Assembly (NCBI GenBank): GCA_035577265.1
Contig: DATLVR010000066.1
Location: forward strand, 93,819 to 157,818
From: Verrucomicrobiia bacterium
GTDB lineage: Bacteria > Verrucomicrobiota > Verrucomicrobiia > Limisphaerales > UBA11358
Length of the DNA: 64,000 nt
Direction: 5' to 3'
Below the pieces are notes generated by a model, which was not told the DNA's origin, ran no database searches, and saw only the letters and a list, made by a program, of their open reading frames with translations. The position numbers and the translations under genes were made by a program. This document shows positions 58,628-64,000 of this stretch, piece by piece (position 1 is the stretch's first letter; each line of letters starts with the position of its first letter).

Positions 58628-59683
58628 ATGAAATCGTTCCAAGCTGTTTTGCGGTGGCGTGCTTCGTTCACCAAAGCGGCGCTGCTTTTGTTTTTTCTCG
58701 TCTCCGGCACGCTGGGCTTCGCGCAGATGCCGGATCCGCCCGGACAAGTGAAGCCCGGCGAGTCGCCCAAGAACGAAGCCTACCTGTTCGCCCACATGAT
58801 GGATGGCGATTACTGGCGGCTCTATTACAGCGTCAGTCTGGACGGGCTGCATTGGACGTTGCTCAACGGCGGCAAGCGGGTCTTCGAGGATTATCGCGGT
58901 CACGCGGACATCTGCCGCGGGCCGGATGGACGCTATTATCTCGTGGGCAATCGTGGTGACGACCAGCCGGACATCAACTTCTGGGTGTCGGACGATCTGA
59001 TCACGTGGAAAAAATTCGGCGACTACGTGCCCGATCTGAAGAGCATCCCGAATTATACAAACGTGATGATGCGCATCGGCGCGCCGAAGTTGTTCTTCGA
59101 CGAGGCGAGTGCGCAATTCGTGCTGACGTGGCACACGACGCATGACTTGGGGAAGACGGATTTGCCCGAACCTTACTGGGCCGGCCAGCGGACAATTTAC
59201 GTCACCTCGAAAGATTTGAAGACCTTTTCCGAACCGCCGCGCCGGCTTTTTGATTGGGACATGGCCACCATCGACACGCTCATTCGTCGCGACGGCGACC
59301 GTTATTACGCCATTCTCAAGGACGAGCGCTATCCGACGCTGGAATGGACCACGGGAAAGACGATCCGCATCTGCAGTTCAACCAACCTGCTTGGACCTTA
59401 CACCGAACCCGGGCCGTCGGTCAGTCCGGGGTTTCGGGAAGCGCCGACGTTGATTCCCTCGCCCGATGGCAAGGCGTGGTATCTCTACTACGAACAATAT
59501 CCGGGCGTCTCCTACGGCCTTTCGGTGGCGTCGCATTTGAGCGGTCCGTGGTTTCAAGCATCGGGAGCAACGTTGAAGGGAGGTTGGGACAAATACGTGG
59601 TGACGCCCAACGCGCGTCACGGTTCGATGCGGCCGATTTCGCGGAAAGAATATGACGCGCTCGTCGAACACTTCGGCAAATAG
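58628..59683 (+). CDS. secreted beta-propeller glycoside hydrolase-like protein (GH43/GH32-superfamily-like)
   Basis: Signal peptide. LYYSVSLDGLHW, YYLVGNRG, WVSDDLITW, YYAILKDE and WYLYYEQ blade-like repeats. Family assignment is tentative. Confidence 0.5.
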   Translation: MKSFQAVLRWRASFTKAALLLFFLVSGTLGFAQMPDPPGQVKPGESPKNEAYLFAHMMDGDYWRLYYSVSLDGLHWTLLNGGKRVFEDYRGHADICRGPDGRYYLVGNRGDDQPDINFWVSDDLITWKKFGDYVPDLKSIPNYTNVMMRIGAPKLFFDEASAQFVLTWHTTHDLGKTDLPEPYWAGQRTIYVTSKDLKTFSEPPRRLFDWDMATIDTLIRRDGDRYYAILKDERYPTLEWTTGKTIRICSSTNLLGPYTEPGPSVSPGFREAPTLIPSPDGKAWYLYYEQYPGVSYGLSVASHLSGPWFQASGATLKGGWDKYVVTPNARHGSMRPISRKEYDALVEHFGK

Positions 59684-59703
59684 CCGCGACCGTCAGCCTT
59701 AAG

Positions 59704-59775
59704 CAGGTGGCAGGAATTCCAATCCGAATTTCTTCGCGATCTCCGTCACGCGCGGGATGTCCTGCGGTTGTCACG
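59704..59775. repeat. R2 repeat, copy 2 (truncated)
   Basis: caggtggcaggaattccaatccgaatttcttcgcgatctccgtcacgcgcgggatgtcctgcggttg. Starts 21 nt after the GH gene stop. Confidence 0.75.
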
Positions 59776-59776
59776 G

Positions 59777-59863
59777 GGTGAAAGTTTCAAACGAGCCTGG
59801 CTGCTGCCGATCAAGTTGCACGACGCCGTGCGGAAGAAAATTGATGGGCTGTTCGAAAAATAG
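59777..59863 (+). pseudogene. orphan 3' fragment of the FKRAW...LF small-ORF family (copy 4)
   Basis: GESFKRAWLLPIKLHDAVRKKIDGLFEK-stop. No convincing start codon. Confidence 0.45.
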
Positions 59864-59884
59864 TAGTTTCACGAACGACAAAGA

Positions 59885-60787
59885 ATGCCGGTTCCCGAAA
59901 CAACGTCTGTCGAAGCCTTCGAACGCTACGTGGGCGGGCAATGCTTGCGCGCCAGCCAGGGCGAAGCCTGGCGGGAAATCAAGGCGTGCATCATCGCCCT
60001 GCCGCCGGTCGTGGATGCGCTGCCGCTGCCGTCCGTGAGCGAACCCCGCCTCGCATGGATAATTTCCGGCGAGGTCGATTTCCAGGAGCGGGAAGGCAAC
60101 GGGCCGTGGATTACCCACCGACTCAGGAAAGGGTCTTTCTTTCTCACCACGGGAGGCGCTCCCTTCGACTGCCGCTGGAAAACGGTCAGTCCCGAGCCGT
60201 ATCAGGCGATGGCGGTATTTATCGAACTTCCGCTCCTCGATCGCGCCTTGGAGGAGGTCTTTGGGGCCGATGCCCCTTTCGCGTATTTGCGGGACCTTTC
60301 GGCATTCACCGATGGGGTTTTGGATTCGCTCATGGAGCGGCTGCGCGAGGAGTTGATGCGGCGGCAGGCGAGCCCGCTGCTCGTGCAGGGAATCGCGCAG
60401 GCGATCGCCATCCATCTTGCACGGAACTACGCCGGGACCGCGAAGGAGCGCAGCGGCAGTCCAGCGCTGCCCGGCTACAAGCTGCGACAAATAACGGACT
60501 GGATGGCGGGAAATGTCGCCGAAGAATTCAACCTTGACCGATTGGCGGCACAAGTGGGGTTGAGTAAATTTTACTTTAACCGCCTTTTCAAAAAAGCGAT
60601 GGGTGTATCGCCTTCGCACTACCATATCAACTTGCGGATGGATGAAGCGAAACGCCTGCTCCGCGAAACGAAGAAGAGCGTTGTGGATGTTGCTCTCGAC
60701 GTGGGCTACGCCAATCCCAGCCATTTCGCGCAGCTCTTCCGAAGAGAAACAGGCCTTTCACCGAGCGATTACCGTCAGTTGCGGTGA
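59885..60787 (+). CDS. AraC-family transcriptional regulator
   Basis: C-terminal HTH: VALDVGYANPSHFAQLFRRETGLSPSDYR. Confidence 0.85.
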   Translation: MPVPETTSVEAFERYVGGQCLRASQGEAWREIKACIIALPPVVDALPLPSVSEPRLAWIISGEVDFQEREGNGPWITHRLRKGSFFLTTGGAPFDCRWKTVSPEPYQAMAVFIELPLLDRALEEVFGADAPFAYLRDLSAFTDGVLDSLMERLREELMRRQASPLLVQGIAQAIAIHLARNYAGTAKERSGSPALPGYKLRQITDWMAGNVAEEFNLDRLAAQVGLSKFYFNRLFKKAMGVSPSHYHINLRMDEAKRLLRETKKSVVDVALDVGYANPSHFAQLFRRETGLSPSDYRQLR

Positions 60788-60851
60788 ATTAACAGGAGAA
60801 AACGGAGAGAATAGAGGTTTCCCGCCGTTTCCTCGGTTTCCTCCGGTTTAA

Positions 60852-61955
<1,104 letters not shown>

Positions 61956-62042
61956 AGGCAAATGTTCGCTCGTTTATATTCGGGCACTGTAATGAACGTT
62001 TTACGCGAGACCTGATTTAGGGCGAATAAAAGGAAAATAATC

Positions 62043-62915
62043 ATGAGCAAAGTTTGGTTTATCACAGGTGCCGGCAGCGGACTCGGAACAGGAATTGCCA
62101 AGGCTGCGTTGCGCGTGGGCGACCGCGTCGTCGCGACCGGCAGAAATCTCGAGAAAGTGCGCAAGGCTTTTCCCGACGTGGCGCAGGAGAACATCGGATT
62201 TGTGCAATTGGACGTCGCCAACGAGACACAGGCCAAAGCGGCTGTCGATGAGGCGACGAAGCGTTTCGGCCGCATCGACGTGCTGGTCAACAATGCCGGC
62301 TACAGCCTGCTCGGTAATTTCGAGCAGATGACTGCCGCCGAGATCCAACAGCAGTTCGCCTCGAACTTTTACGGCATCGTGCATGTGATGCAGGCCGCGT
62401 TGCCCGTCATGCGACGGCAGCGTTCGGGTCACATCATCAACCTCAGTTCCGTCGCGGGCGTGGTCGGGCTGAAGCACTGTGCGGCCTATGCCGCGACGAA
62501 ATTTGCCGTCGAAGGTCTTTCGCTGTCGGTCGCGACCGAAGTGGAGAAGTTCGGCATCAAGATCACCGTGGTCGAACCCGGCTTCTTCCGGACGGACCTG
62601 CTCGACGCGCAAAATGTCCGCTGGGTCAGCAAGGTCATCGAAGACTACGCGCCGGAGGGCACCGCCGAGGACATGTGGTCGAAATATAATGGCACGCAGC
62701 CCAACGATCCAGCGAAGCTCGGTGACGCTCTCGTCAAAATCGCTGCGATGCAAAATCCGCCAAAGGTGTTCGCTGCCGGAAGCGATGCCTTGAGCACAAT
62801 CACGCCCGCGATCGAGGAGCGGCTGCGCGATCTGCGCGCCCACGAAATGCTGTCCAAGGGAATGGAAGGTTCATTCCAGCGAGGAAGCAAAAAAGCTGAC
62901 GCAGAAAGGAATTAA
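62043..62915 (+). CDS. SDR-family oxidoreductase
   Basis: TGAGSGLG cofactor motif, NNAG, and [10 protein letters not shown] (YxxxK). Confidence 0.85.
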   Translation: MSKVWFITGAGSGLGTGIAKAALRVGDRVVATGRNLEKVRKAFPDVAQENIGFVQLDVANETQAKAAVDEATKRFGRIDVLVNNAGYSLLGNFEQMTAAEIQQQFASNFYGIVHVMQAALPVMRRQRSGHIINLSSVAGVVGLKHCAAYAATKFAVEGLSLSVATEVEKFGIKITVVEPGFFRTDLLDAQNVRWVSKVIEDYAPEGTAEDMWSKYNGTQPNDPAKLGDALVKIAAMQNPPKVFAAGSDALSTITPAIEERLRDLRAHEMLSKGMEGSFQRGSKKADAERN

Positions 62916-62919
62916 TAAT

Positions 62920-63315
62920 ATGGAAATCAAACGAAGCGGCTCACAACCGTCCAGTAAAGGACCGGCTGATTGGTTCACCGGCACGGTGCGCATTGATTCG
63001 CCGTTCAAGGGAACTGATCCCGCCCGCGTTGCCGGTGCCATCGTAACGTTTGAACCAGGCTCTCGAACCGCGTGGCACACTCATCCGCTGGGGCAAACTT
63101 TGATCGTAACCGCAGGCTGCGGGCGCGCGCAAAGCGAGGGCGGTCCGATTGATGAAATTCGTCCGGGAGACGTGATCTGGTTTCCGCCGGGCGAGAAACA
63201 TTGGCATGGTGCTGCGCCAGCGACAGCCATGACGCACATCGCCATTCAGGAACAACTCGACGGCAAAGCGGTTGACTGGATGGAAAAGGTCAGTGACGAA
63301 CAATATCAGGGCTGA
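62920..63315 (+). CDS. cupin-domain protein
   Basis: [20 protein letters not shown] .. PGEKHWHGA two-motif cupin pattern. Confidence 0.75.
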   Translation: MEIKRSGSQPSSKGPADWFTGTVRIDSPFKGTDPARVAGAIVTFEPGSRTAWHTHPLGQTLIVTAGCGRAQSEGGPIDEIRPGDVIWFPPGEKHWHGAAPATAMTHIAIQEQLDGKAVDWMEKVSDEQYQG

Positions 63316-63317
63316 AC

Positions 63318-63432
63318 AAGGCAAAAATTCCAATCCGTATTTTTTCCCAATCTCCATCCCGCACCAAATGTCCTGCGGTTGCTGCGGGTCTTGGCTGACG
63401 GCCAGTCTTTGCTGACGGCCACCGGCGCGCCG
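63318..63432. repeat. R2 repeat, copy 3
   Basis: Starts 3 nt after the cupin stop: aaggcaaaaattccaatccgtatttttt..tcctgcggttgctgcgggtcttggctgacggcc.. with an internal gctgacggcc duplication. Confidence 0.75.
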
Positions 63433-63507
63433 ATTCCGCGGAAGGAATCCAAGCTGCTTCAAAATATTGTTGTTTGTTCCGCCGGACCGGATGGCTACAT
63501 TTTTCGC

Positions 63508-64000
63508 ATGAACCCGAATTGCAAACGCTTCCTGTTGAGCCTGCAACTTTTTGTGATGGCCGCTTCGTTACGGGCCGCTGAACCGCTGGCGGGTGAAAAT
63601 CCGGCGGATCATCTGCCGTCGCACATCCGGCAATTGACCGCGTTCGGCGAGCGCGCGGACTGGTCGCCCGACGGAAAGAGGATTTTATTTCTCACCAAAA
63701 CCTTCGGCGACGCGATGGAAATGGACGTGGCGACCAAAGTCATTCGCAATCTGACCGCCCACTATCCGCATCACGGTTACACCCGCGCGCTTTACCTGAC
63801 GAACGGCGACATCCTGCTGTCGGGGCCGGAGGTGTTCGACCCAAAGCATATCGGCACGGCGCGGGAGCAATGTTTTCTTTACGTGCTGGACAGGAGTTTG
63901 ACCAGGCCGGCGCAACCACTCGGCACCAAATGCAGCGAAGGCCCGGCGGTCTCGCGGCATCGGCTGCACATCGCATGGACGCACGTGGCGGCCGAGTATC
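63508..64000 (+). CDS. secreted TolB-like/WD40-like beta-propeller protein, N-terminal part; runs off the window
   Basis: ATG 63508. Signal peptide MNPNCKRFLLSLQLFVMAASLRA, then ERADWSPDGKRILFL. Absent from the ORF track because it has no stop in the window. Confidence 0.5.
   Translation, partial: MNPNCKRFLLSLQLFVMAASLRAAEPLAGENPADHLPSHIRQLTAFGERADWSPDGKRILFLTKTFGDAMEMDVATKVIRNLTAHYPHHGYTRALYLTNGDILLSGPEVFDPKHIGTAREQCFLYVLDRSLTRPAQPLGTKCSEGPAVSRHRLHIAWTHVAAEY

Overview
High-GC bacterial chromosome segment. An H-X9-DG pilin-like domain, GYF_2 domains and IS200-like/RAYT genes with REP hairpins suggest a PVC-group organism (Verrucomicrobiota or Planctomycetota); this is inference only. The backbone is housekeeping: thiL, alr, thiH/thiS, leuC, a type IIA topoisomerase B/A pair, dus, an MscS channel and a large CHASE hybrid-kinase phosphorelay cluster. 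I found no rRNA, tRNA or CRISPR array. The main result is that small accessory cassettes repeatedly sit exactly at the 3' ends of conserved genes. Each is bracketed by a displaced, still in-frame copy of that gene's last codons (leuC once, topo-B once, topo-A twice) or by other direct repeats. The cassettes carry hicAB, two RelE/ParE-type TA pairs whose toxins are both broken, a SEC-C protein, a CDGSH protein, and a translationally coupled HipA-like kinase plus DUF3037-like gene pair. That gene pair is my best candidate for an uncharacterised system. Other points of interest: an A/T-rich GspG-like gene and a LIM/DA1-like metalloprotease wedged between thiH and thiS; two RAYT genes, each with its own REP family; a repeated small-ORF family (FKRAW...VKAKVEKLF); a receiver-Hpt protein whose Hpt lacks the phospho-accepting His; and several decayed genes. 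All domain calls come from motifs read by eye in the translations and need HMM or BLAST confirmation.
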